Positions 49,431 to 61,032 of a stretch of DNA of 64,000 bases are shown piece by piece (position 1 is the first letter of the stretch; each line of letters begins with the position of its first letter). This DNA comes from Nemertoderma westbladi (taxonomy: Eukaryota > Animalia > Xenacoelomorpha). The notes under the pieces were generated by a model. It worked only from the letters and a program-made list of their open reading frames with translations, did no database searches and was not told where the DNA came from. The position numbers were made by a program, and so were the translations under genes. The stretch lies in NCBI GenBank assembly GCA_032718475.1, contig JAUCBJ010005165.1, forward strand, positions 12,075 to 76,074. The letters are read 5' to 3'.

Positions 49431-51735
49431 ATTCTAGGTCATTGATCAAGAAAACTTGCCACCTCCATGCAGCATAAAGGAGATGCCACCTGTAGCTGCA
49501 TAGACCCTCTTACTAGGGCAAATCTGGTCCTGTAACTAGGACCCCCTTCGTTCTGGGATAAGGATGCCCTTGGTCCTGTATTAAGGACCCATATACTTGG
49601 CTGCAGGGGTATATGGCCTGGCCAGGCAGATGGTGATCTACCAATGGCTGGTCAGGAGTAGAGTGTTGTCATGTCCACTCTGAGTGCACTTCACTGCGAC
49701 CTGCACCTGGCAGCAGGGGTACAGGGCATGACCCAGCAGATGAGCTGCACAGCCAATGGTGGGTCATGTGCGCCAGAGTAGATATGGGTGATGGGCCTCA
49801 TATCTGACTCCACTGCGACACCCACCCATGTGGAATGGCAAACCAGGGTGTGGTGTGGTATTTGCCAGCTGACTCGGCAAAAAAGCACCCCCAACCCCCA
49901 CTATGGAATACATTAGTAATACATTAGGTCCAGCCACTAGAGGCCAGTGGAATGACTGGACACAATCGGCCTCACAGGTGTCAGTTATCTCCTGACCAGA
50001 TGCCTGTCTCACCCCTTACTGGAGAGAGAGCGGCAAACAATTATTTGAGTGCCTTTCCTGATGACCTTTCTGGCCCAAACCCTGGGTCACCAGGGAGGCC
50101 AGATTGTGAGGGGGGAGGGATTCTGGAGTTGGAGGCTACTCTCATGTTCCACCCCGACCAACAAAGCCATTGGTGAATCTGAGGCAAGTCACTAAACTAG
50201 CCTCAGTAAACACCCTAACACTCGGGTCCCCAATGCGACAAGGTGAGCTGATTAAGGACATGGGGGGCGGTTGGCGACTCGCCCTCGCTTCAGCAGATGA
50301 TAGTGGCAATGGTGTAATCGGTCTATTGATGAATCCAACTGCACATGCAGCATTGGACAAAATAGTCCAAATCTCTAACCACATCATCCGTTGCCACTTC
50401 TCATGTTCTGGAAGACTGGCTAAGAAGTTTCCTAAGGTGGTTCTGATTGTGTGCTACTCTCCAACTAGTGTTGCCCCTGTAGAGGAGGTGGAAAATTTCT
50501 GAAAAAAATTTCTGAAAGATTTCCAGAATCTACAAGCAGCTACTGATGGAGTCCCAATCACCTACATCGGACTGGGTCTATAGCAATAGTGTTAACCGAA
50601 ATTCAATCCATCTTCAGGATTTTATCTCTGGAAATGGGTTGTTTTCAGCTGGAACCCAGTTCAAGAAGCGAACTGGAAAGATCACTGATCACTGTGAGGG
50701 CTATACTGCCTTCACAGAGGCAGTTAAGTTAGCAGCTGTAGAAATATTTCCTGTATACCCTCGAAACAGGAAACGGGCCCCCTGGACTGACAACAAATTC
50801 AGAAGTGCCGAAATGACCTCTACAAGGCGCAGAAAGAGTCCCGACTCAAACAGACTACAGCGGCCAAGAATGCAGTTAAGGCTGCATCTAGGTCCCTGAA
50901 CAGGCAGTACTCTGTTAATTTACAGGAGCTAATAAACCAACAGGTTGATGCCATCAATGATGCTGACGACAGCAGGCAATCATCCCAGGCATGGAGATCG
51001 ATCAACTTGCTTGCTGGTCGAAAAAGCCAACCAACCACCAAGGTTAAGGCTGAATCACCAGCTGATCGCCTCAATGGTTGGAAGGCCCACTTTGAAAAGC
51101 TCCTCAATAATGACAGGGTATTGCCTGATAACTTTATAGAAGTAAAAGTGTCTGAGTCTGTACTCCCAGATATTCCCATTGGTGATATCTCCTTTGCAGA
51201 AGTGAAGGCTGCTGCAAAGAGCGTTAAAACCAATCGTGCCAGTGGAGTAGATGGTGTTCCCCCTGAGGTCTTTAAAATACCTGAGTGTTTAAAGCTCATC
51301 TATCCCAGCATAGTAGACATGTACTGAACAACAAGAGTCCCACAAGAAATGAAAACAAATAAGTTGGTGCCAGTTCCCAAGAAGGGCAACCTAACACTAT
51401 GGTTCTTTTCGGGGAATCTCATTGATCTCGATTGCTGCAAAGCTATACAATAGAATTCTATTAAATCGCATCAGGGATCCCATTGAGAGACTGCTCCGTG
51501 GAAATCAGAATGGGTTCCGTAAAGGTCGTGGGACCATGGAGCCCATTTTGGCACTTAGAAGGATAATTGAAGAGTTATCAAAAAAGAAAGACAGGCATCT
51601 GGCTGTTATCTTTGTTGACTTCTTCAAGGCCTTTGATTCAGTCTCTTGCTCACGTATGTTCAGCATACTTTCATTATATGGGATTCCTGATGAAATTATT
51701 GCAGCAATCAGATCAGTATATGATGGTTCGACAAC
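49431..51735 (+). mobile_element. RTE-type LINE: 5' UTR, AP endonuclease and N-half of RT, 3'-truncated
   Basis: LASVNTLTL, GNGVIGLLMN, IVCYSPTS (endonuclease). NRASGVDGVPPE, PVPKKGNL, NQNGFRKGRGT, FVDFFKAFDSV (RT). Starts after a (CAGGT)3 run. Confidence 0.85.
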
Positions 51736-52019
51736 ATAAAATTCAAGGTTCAAATTCAGGTTCGACAACACCCAAATACAAAATACATAATAAAGCACAT
51801 ATTTTAAATAGCGCAGACGTGTTATTTGGGTGTATGATAATGATGGTCAGTCGGAAAGCAAAGCTTGTAGGAAACTGATGTACAGCGCCACAGGAGGGGT
51901 GAGTGATGATTAGGGGTTATTAAGCTAGTGATGAAACAAAACACCTGTTTATTTAGTTATTAGTACCGATAATAAATATAGAAAAATGTTGAAAATGAAA
52001 GATGTCCATAGCAGTGAAG

Positions 52020-53215
52020 ATAATAGAACGATAGAAGGCAAATTTTATATGTTAATTATTTAATGTTCTGATAGTAGCCAAGATTTCAAAGCTCGGTTGA
52101 ATTGATATTTCTTAGGTAAGATGCGTATATCGTTTGGAATTTCATTCCAAATTACAGGGTCCTGGTATTGTATCGAAAATTGGCCCCTAGCTGAATTGAA
52201 TCTAGGAATGAAATATTTGTTACTTGTAGTTGGATATATTTATTATAAGTACAACCCCATAGTTCTATACCATAATTTAATTTAATATGTATTAGACTAA
52301 AGTAGATCGATTTTAATACAAATAATGGTAGGATGTGACGAATTTGAAAGAATAATCCTGTTAACTTTTATTATTATTAACACAGTGAAATATTATAAAA
52401 TGAAATAAAATTGTCACCGGAGAAAAACAACTAGGTACACTTACGGTAAAAACCAGGTACACTCACAGTTGCTAAGCGGACACAGAAGAAAATAAAAACA
52501 GACACCAAACGGAATTATCAGAAAGAAAGTGACCAATGCATCTAATTAAAATATACAGTATATCCAATGGTAATTTAAAAATCAATAGTATACAGAGGGC
52601 CAGTGCTGTTCAACTAATTTTGAAGTGACAATTTAACTAAACCCAACTAAATAATTAAAAATGACTAGTTAAAATAAATACAAGTTACAATAAATATGGT
52701 CAATGCAGGTCTGAGAGTTTTTATCTACACGAGTTGGTTGCTTAATGAGCTGCTGGTAGCCGTGCTCAGCTAATTTGTGGAGGAAGTCTACACTAGGTTG
52801 TTTCTTATTTAAAATGTTAATATTAAAGTCGCTGCAGATTATGACATTATAATTAGTAGTATCAGTCAATTTTTTAAGGTTAGTATCCAAATTATTTGAA
52901 AAGGTCTCAAAATTATAAGAGCCAGGACGACATAATGCACCAACAGTTATGCATTCGTTATTGTGAGGGTTGAGTACCTCTAGCCAAATATTTGTCCTTT
53001 ATGTCCTTTAACATTAAATCATTTTTTAATGAACCTTCGAGTCCTTCTTGAATATAAACAGCAACAGCGCCTCTGGCTTCATTATTTGCTTTATTACATA
53101 TAATTGGTTTTTGGTATCCATCAATATTTATTAAATTCTGCTGATAATCATTCTTCGTATAAGTCTCTGTGAAAACTAATATATCGAAGAAGTTATTTAA
53201 ACTTTTGGCATGGAA
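52020..53215 (-). mobile_element. CR1/L2-group LINE remnants: AP endonuclease (52670-53215) and 3' terminus (52020-52380)
   Basis: FDILVFTETY, RGAVAVYI, IICSDFNIN, PTRV..QTCIDHIY; RGQFSIQYQDPVIWNEIP. Confidence 0.75.
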
Positions 53216-54710
53216 ATCACTAGTAGAAGATAAGTCCATACTAATCCTAAAACCTGATAAAGGAAATGGTGTAGTAATTTTAAACAGGACCACATACATA
53301 GACAAGGTACTAGGAATTTTAAACAGGACCACATACATAGATAAGGTACTAGTAATTTTAAACAGGATCACATACATAGATAAGGTACTAGTAATTTTAA
53401 ACAGGACCACATACATAGATAAGGTACTAGGAATTTTAAACAGGACCACATACATAGATAAGGTACTAGGAATTTTAAACAGGACCACATACATTGATAA
53501 GGTACTAGGAATTTTAAACAGGACTACATACATAGACAAGGTACTAGGAATTTTAAACAGGACCACATACATAGATAAGGTACTAGGAATTTTAAACGAT
53601 AAAAGTAAATTTAAACGTTTATCAGACTGTCCACAAAAGTGGGTTGGGGGAGCAATTCGGTTAGAGGAACGTTTTAAGAAACTCCTCAAAGGTTTACATA
53701 AAACTTGGGACATTTCAAACAAGGAGCTCGAAACTCTTCTGCCAGTAGGAACACATCCAGGGATTTTATATGGCCTACTGAAGGTGCATAAAAAGGATTA
53801 CCCCATTCGCCCAATATTATCCGCCATATCATTCCTGGTTATAATCTGGCAAAATTTTTGGTAAAAAGGTTAGGGTCACTGGGTACTAACAAATATACTG
53901 AAGGGACACATTCTCCTTTGTGAGGGAAATAACTGACATTCAAAATGCCAATACCATGTACATGGTAAGCTTCGATATCAAATCACTGTTTACTAATATT
54001 CCACTGGACGAGACTATCGTCATCATTCTTACTCATTTGTTCCGTAACACAGACAAGGTCGATGGTCTAAACCGTAAGCAGATTAAGAGCAGACTAGAAC
54101 TAGCCATTAAATAATCTGAATTTATTATTTATGGGGTCAAATATAAACAGGTAGACGGTGTAGCTATGGGTAGCCCTCTTGGTTCTCTCCTAGCTAACAT
54201 TTTTCTTAGTTACCATGAGGAGCATTGGCTTGAAAATTGTCCTTCAAGTATAAAACCAATTCTGTACCGTAGATATGTGGATGACATTTTCTAATCATTT
54301 AAAGACCGCAGCCAAGCCGATCTATTTTTGCAATTTTTAAATACACAACATCGTTGCTTGGAATTTACCTCGGAACTTGAAAGCAATGGGACATTGCCTT
54401 TTTTAGATATTCTTATAACTAAAACTTGTTCAGGCCTCTCAACCTCCATTTACCGGAAGCCTACATTCACAGGTTTATACTCTAAATTTGATTCATTTAC
54501 ACCGCTCAAATTTAAAATAGGATTAGTAGTTACCTTGTTACATCGTACCTTTATGATCTGCTCATCTTGGATTAAATTTAACAGTGACTTAAGGACAATT
54601 ACACGAATTGTTAGCTAAAAATGGGTACCCTCGAGAACTATTATCATGGCTGACAGATAAACTAATTGTTAAACTTGTTGGTCCCAAACCGACCGTAGTA
54701 CATACAGTAA
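53215..54710 (+). mobile_element. Penelope-like element RT fragment
   Basis: ILKPDKGNGVVILN, LYGLLKVHKKDYPIRPILS, MVSFDIKSLFTNIP, QVDGVAMGSPLG, YRRYVDDIF, LPFLDI, IYRKPTFTGLY; several stops and frameshifts. Confidence 0.9.
53277..53598 (+). repeat. In-frame 39-bp tandem repeat (8 copies of ILNRTTYIDKVLG) inside the Penelope RT
   Basis: Unit aattttaaacaggaccacatacatagataaggtactagg. Confidence 0.95.
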
Positions 54711-55839
54711 GTAACACGTTGTGGGGTCTTCGAGCAGCGCGTGTTCAAATGTTCAATGACTGAGCAGCAACTAATTAACAAATTTATGAGAGATTCATTG
54801 ACCAGCTACAGACATACCAATATTGTGACAAATATTTTAGTTTAATGTTTGATTCAATTAAAGGCACAAATTAAAAAGGCTACAAATATATAGGGGTGAA
54901 TAATTAAATTAGTCACCCATTAAAAGGTAGCCAAATATAAGTTGCGATCTATATAAATTTTTAAATTCAGTAGTGTGCGTGTGTTGTGTATTGATTCCGT
55001 AGATTTCATGTTGAAATAGCGTTCATTAATTTAATTTATATTTAATTATTCAGGCATAATAATACACACATTAAATTAGTTCGTGTGTGTTAAGTGTGTA
55101 ATATTTGATTGTTTTGGAACGAAACCATTAGGGCACAGAAACTGACGGATTCTTCGCGAATTTCGCAAACGTCGCAAACTTCGTGAATTTTTTCTACAAT
55201 TTTGACTCCTTAAGCAAAAGGGTCCCGAATGAGTTTTTTAACCTTTATTTTTTTTTGTATTTTTGAGTGCTTTTTTATATTAGTGAATGTTCTAGAACCT
55301 TAGTAGATTTTTTATGGTATATAGTTAGTATTTTTTACTAGCTAGTAATTTTTGGAAATTATTTTGGTCATTAATATATTCTTCAACAGTTTAACCTGAA
55401 GTATCATGGACTTTCACATTTTTTATCATTTCTAAAAATACTAGATAGCAAAAAAACACTTCCGGTAGCTATCATAAAAAACATATCTACTAATGTTCTA
55501 GAACTTTCACCAAAACCAAAGAAATTTAAAAATTCTAAAAAAGGATTGGTTAAAAATGGCTGGGGTGTAGACAGGGCGAAGTAGGGACCGTGTTGCTTAA
55601 CACCTTAGAGCCTATGACGTCCAGTGCATGTCACCATGGACAACACTAAGACGTGCAGTGGACGTCATGAAGGAATACATGTTTTATTGGAAGGCTCTTG
55701 GAGTAGGTATACTGGTGGATAGTATTAAAGACATTTAGTGCTCTTCATGGGAAAAAATCCATTCTGTACTATATTGTAGACTGTATTATCAATGTTAGGT
55801 ATATGGCGTAATGCTAACCACAGTACAGTAGTACAGCCT

Positions 55840-56390
55840 GACAGTAAGACCGACAAACAGACAGACAGACAGACTAGATTTATGTAAACGTGTAAACTGA
55901 CATCAGAAATGTAATCAGCAACCCTTAAAACCCCCATAGCGGGAATGTTGGTTAGTTAGTATACTTTCTTAAGTTTTGACAGACTGACTGACAGAAAGAC
56001 CGACAGCCAGACAGACTAGATTTATTAAACGTGAAAACTGACATCTGAAATCAAATCAGCACCCATTAAAACCCCCATAACGAGAATGTTAGTTAGTTAG
56101 TATTCTTTTTTAAGTTTTGACAGACTGACTGACTGACAGAAAGACCGACAGACCGACAAACAGACAGACTAGATTTATGTAAACCTGAAAACTGACATCA
56201 GAAATGAAATCAGCACCCCTTAAAACCCCCATAGCGAGAATGTTAGTTAATTTGAAATATTTTTTATGTTTTGACAGACTGACTAACAGAATGACCGACA
56301 GACAGTCAGACTAGATTTATGTAAACGTCAAAACTGACATCAGAAATGTAATCAGCACCCCTTAAAACCCCCATAGCGAGAATGTTAGCG
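55840..56390. repeat. Four diverged ~140-155-bp tandem units with GACA microsatellites (Helentron/HINE-like internal repeat)
   Basis: gacagactagatttatgtaaacg..aaactgacatcagaaatg.aatcagcaccc.ttaaaacccccatagcgagaatgttag repeated 4 times. Confidence 0.8.
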
Positions 56391-58981
56391 ACAAGTTTTA
56401 ATTATTAACCATATTTCGTAAGATATATTTTAAAACATTTATTTATTAATAATGCAATAACTGAATAACCAGGATTAAATTTGAGGATAAAAGGATTAAA
56501 TTTGTACTCAATAATTCTGCCGTTTAATTACGTTTAGATCAATTAAAGACACATTTATTAAAGCAAATCACTTGAACTAATTAAAAACTATAATAGAATG
56601 GCGTATGTGGATTACATCTGTATAATTTTTAAGTATAATTATTTAAATCTTATACTGTAAAACAATTAATTTCCTTTAAAAGGCAGGTTGAAAATGGTGT
56701 TTTCACCGTAATCAACTTAATTAACTAATTAACTGCTATTATCTTAGCTTCTCGAAGGCCACACGGAAACGGAAATTCTACTTGGAAAATTTCTAAACTT
56801 TTGCCAAACAACATGTGTACCAAGTTTGGATAGATTTCATCAAAGATTGGCCGAGTTATTAACGTTTAAAATTGAACGCGACAGAATGACAGAACGACAC
56901 GTTCGTGGGGCCTTCGCGCAGCACGAGGCCCAGTTATGAGATACAAATTAAAATTGAGCGACTGTATCACAAAATCATGTTTTGAGAAATTTACCCACAC
57001 CACCAATCAATCAAAGAAAGTACGTGTTCACCCCTTTTAATCCCCCCCCCCCCCCCCACCCTTCCCAACCACCAATACATAACTGCGACATCTACCACCC
57101 ACGGAAGGGTAGCACGAACTTATTTCCAATCGCACGTTCAATATGCAAAGCCAGGTGGTTTATAGGAATATAATAAACGCAGTACTCGTTTTCATTATAA
57201 GCCTCGTTGCGTTCGTCCTGTTTTGTATTTAAATATATTTCTTAAACGCAGGCTAGGACGATCTTTATAATAATAACTAGAAAGCCTGTGGCCCTTCGGG
57301 CCACAGCTTTCTAGTGCACGTGCAGATGATATATGAATATGTGTGGGAGATTTGAGAACTGCATACGGAACAGACACCATCATTAAATAAAACACCACCC
57401 CCATAAGAGATAACTGTCAAGTTTCAACTTTAGGCAGATTGTAAATAACAAAATTTCCAGAAAATGATCACTTTCAGATCCACCCTCTACCTGCGGACTG
57501 GTGAAATGCAGACGGCACTGCAGTTTGGTAAAGATGGGGTTTATGGTGAAGTAAAATGCCTGCCTTTCAAGTTTCAGCTTAAACAGATTGTAAATAACAA
57601 AATTGGTGTAGATGTTCACATTCAGCAATTTCACCCTCTAGCGGTAGACTGAAGAACTGTAGACGACTCTGGGACTCCGTAAAGATACAGAATATACTGT
57701 AGTAGATTCCTGCCAAGTTCCAGCTCAATAGGATTAAAAATAACCAAATGGGATGAGGTGTTCACTATCAGATATTTCGTCCTCTAGCGGCAGATGGGAG
57801 GACTGTATACAACTCTGCGACTCCGTAAAGTTACAGCCTATGCTGTAGTAGATGCCTACCAAGTTTCAGTCTAAACCGTTAGTAAATAACAAAGTTGGAG
57901 AAGATGTTAACTGTCAGACATTTCACCCTCTAGCGGTAGACTGGGAAAGTGAATAGGATTCTGCAACTCCGTAAAGATACAGCCTATGATGTAGTAGATA
58001 CCAACCAAGTTTCAGCTCAAAATGATTAAAAAGAACCAAATGGGATGAGGTTTTCACTATCAGACAATTCGCCCTCTAGCGGCTGACTGTGGAACTGTAG
58101 ACGACTCTACTACTCTGCAAAGATATAGCCTATGCTATAGTAAATGCCTACCAAGTTTCAGTCTAAAAGGATTGTAAATAACAAAGTTGGAGGAGATGTT
58201 AACTTTCATACATTTCGCCCTCTAGCGGCAGACGCGGGTAATGTAGACAACTCTGCGCGACTCAGTAAAGATATAGCCTATGCTGTAGTAGATGCCTACC
58301 AAGTTCAGTCTAAATGGATTATAAATAACAAAGTTGGAGAAGATGTTAACTTTCAGACATTTCGCCCTCTAGCGGTAGACTGGGGAATTGTAGACGACTC
58401 TGCGACTCAGTAAAGATACAGCCTATGCTGTAGTAGATGCCTACCAAGTTTCAGTCTAAACGGATTGTAAATAACAAAGTTGGAGAAGATGTTAACTCTC
58501 AGACATTTAGCCCTCTAACGGTAGAATGGGGAACTGTGGACAACTCAGTGACTCCGGAAATATACATCCTATGCTGCTGCTGCAGTATATAGCTACCAAG
58601 TTTCAGCTCAAAAGCATTAAAAACAACCCAATGAGATCAGGTTTTCACTATCGGACAATTCGCCCTCTAGCGGCAGGCGGGGAACTTCAGACGGCTCTGA
58701 GTATTACGTTGCAACGAGTTAGGGCGAGACCTATCTAACGAGCTATAGTAAGCGAGATTTCATCGAGATTAGATGTATAATATTAGATAAAATAATAATA
58801 CAGTAATTAGGCCTACTGTACAAAAATAATTACTTTTAATATTCATAACAGTAAAACAAAAATGTTATAAACCTGTCCTTCCATGCATCCATTGATTGAG
58901 AAAGCAGAATTAGTCTTGGACAGTTCGCAACAGACAACCCATCCCAATCAACACTCCACCAGCCTGGCTTGCAACTTCTCT

Positions 58982-61032
58982 GGTAAACGGACAGGTTGTA
59001 TCCAGACAAGTTGTATCCAATTTCCTATTCTTAGCTTACAAAAGGACATTTTGTATCCCGATTTTCGGACATGTTGTATCCAACTTATTTACGTTGTAAA
59101 TTAACTGTAATTCTATCCTATTGAATAATATAATTAACTAGGCGATCCATAATCATAATACTGTACATTATACGATTAATTAGTTCAGAGCATTTCTTTC
59201 TTTCTCCAATCAGGATTTCTCACTTTAATAGCATTGTGTAATGGAGGTCAAACAAATGACACTGCATCATGAATATGTAGAGGAGGTCAAACAAATGACA
59301 CTGCATCATGAATATCAACTGTAAATCCATGTAGTAACAGTTTAATATTTTAGCGATCTCGATTATATGTTCAATTTGTAAATTACATTTTAATTAATTA
59401 ATTTTTAGTTATTGTACCAATATATTCTTCCTTGTATCAAAAAACTCCATGGCCGTGTATCAAAAAACTATACACGGTAATTCTAAACTTTGCCATGATG
59501 GCAAAATGTATTCCAAACGGAAAACCAACAAGGATGGGTCTGAAATGTGGGTTTGTACCAAACGACCCCACTGTATTGGTTCCGTAAAGACATTGACTCC
59601 ACACTCAACCGAAGTCATTACTAGTAATCCCCATAACTGTATCGATTCTCCGATTGTGGAATTGTCAGCATTCCGACAGAGAATAGCGGACCAGGCCTCA
59701 TCATCCCATACCAAACCCACCCAAATCTATTGTTCCTCACTTCGGGATCTTGATTCAAAGTTGCACACCAGTTTGCCGCAACGTTCATCACTGCTGCGGC
59801 AGATACGTCGTGTAAGATCACGCCACCTTCCCCCGGATCCGAAATCACTAAAGGAACTCTCATTCCATGGTGACTCCATCATCGATTTTATAACTTCAGA
59901 TAATGGAGGAAAGTTCCTCCAATATGACAATGGTGTCAATGCTGATGAGAGAATTGTGGTATTCTGGACCGATGAATCTATGAAATTTCTACGTAGTTCG
60001 TCAGAATGGGGAGTTGATGGCACATTTGCAATCGCTCCCAAACCGTTTTACCAGTTATATATAGTCTGTGCCAAGGTGTACACTCGTATGCTGCCACTGC
60101 TTTATGCATTTCTCGAATGCAAAACAGAAACTACTTACTCGGAGTTATTCAATGTGATCGCCATGCAAGGGGCTTCACCTTCGGTTGTCCACGTGGACTT
60201 TGAGAAGGCGGCACACAACGCAATCATTGCGGCTTTCGGCGACAGTGTGACGTTTGTTTTCTGTTACTTCCATCTCCGGCAAGCGATTAACAAGCGCATT
60301 CAAGAGCTTGGATTGAAATCTCACTATCAGTCCAATTTGGAGTTTAGGTTATGGGCCTCCAAGATTTCTTCACTTGCTTTGCTGCCAACAGATAAAGTGA
60401 AAGATGGGTTCCGCATAATACAAGACATTGCCCCCAGGGAAGGCGCCGAACTGTTAACCTACTTCGACCGAACCTATCTGAGTGGACCTCGACGTATTCG
60501 TAGCGACAGCAATGGCCTTGTCTCGAAGATACGTTCTGCGGGACCCTTATTTGCAGTTGAGAAGTGGAATGTTCATGCAGCCACATTAAATGACTTTGGC
60601 AGAACTAACAATGCTTCAGAGGCTGTTAATCGTGATATTTCTACCATTATAGGAAGTAAGCACCCTTCTGTGTGGAAACTTATTGATGCTCTAAAAGCGA
60701 AAGATGCTGATGTCCAATGTCAACTTGCTCGGGCCGCAGTTGGACAGCTAGAGCCACGTCGAGAAACTTTAGAATCTAAAACATTTGATAGACGCATAAA
60801 GACGCTCTGCACTGAGATTACCAACCAACAGCGCACTGTGGAGAGCTTTCTCATTGGTGTCGGCGAGAACATAGAGTTATTAAAGAGAAGAAAGACATTG
60901 TTTTCAAATATCAACGTAAGTGACTCTGAAATGGACAAGGACTTCAAATAACTCCGTGTAACATTTTGGCTAATAACTTTGTGTAACGTTTTAGTTTAGT
61001 TTTAGTAACAATGTTATCATGTATTATATAAC
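58982..61032 (+). mobile_element. Mutator-like (MULE) transposon inserted in unit 1, left TIR only
   Basis: Starts GGTAAACGGACAGGTTGTATCC with repeated ttgtatcc motifs. Absent from unit 2. Host sequence resumes at aataggccaattcg (~61033). Confidence 0.8.
59449..60951 (+). CDS. MULE transposase with FLYWCH-like N-terminal zinc finger, intact 500-aa ORF
   Basis: WVCTKRPHC...PHNC finger; catalytic WGVDGTF, HVDFEKA, FCYFH (CxxH), RTNNASEAVN; uninterrupted ATG to TAA. Confidence 0.9.
   Translation: MAVYQKTIHGNSKLCHDGKMYSKRKTNKDGSEMWVCTKRPHCIGSVKTLTPHSTEVITSNPHNCIDSPIVELSAFRQRIADQASSSHTKPTQIYCSSLRDLDSKLHTSLPQRSSLLRQIRRVRSRHLPPDPKSLKELSFHGDSIIDFITSDNGGKFLQYDNGVNADERIVVFWTDESMKFLRSSSEWGVDGTFAIAPKPFYQLYIVCAKVYTRMLPLLYAFLECKTETTYSELFNVIAMQGASPSVVHVDFEKAAHNAIIAAFGDSVTFVFCYFHLRQAINKRIQELGLKSHYQSNLEFRLWASKISSLALLPTDKVKDGFRIIQDIAPREGAELLTYFDRTYLSGPRRIRSDSNGLVSKIRSAGPLFAVEKWNVHAATLNDFGRTNNASEAVNRDISTIIGSKHPSVWKLIDALKAKDADVQCQLARAAVGQLEPRRETLESKTFDRRIKTLCTEITNQQRTVESFLIGVGENIELLKRRKTLFSNINVSDSEMDKDFK

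Noticed and set aside
49560-49900. Possible HDV-like ribozyme in the RTE 5' UTR
   Set aside because: Known for some RTE families and hairpins are present, but P1/P2/P3 and the catalytic C could not be assigned by eye. An RNArobo/Infernal search is needed.
52958-53722. 254-aa minus-strand ORF
   Set aside because: Chance fusion of the antisense 39-bp repeat with a CR1-type endonuclease remnant.
21805-57060. Numerous poly-C/poly-G tracts
   Set aside because: A common background feature of such genomes with unreliable lengths; used only as a weak taxonomic hint.
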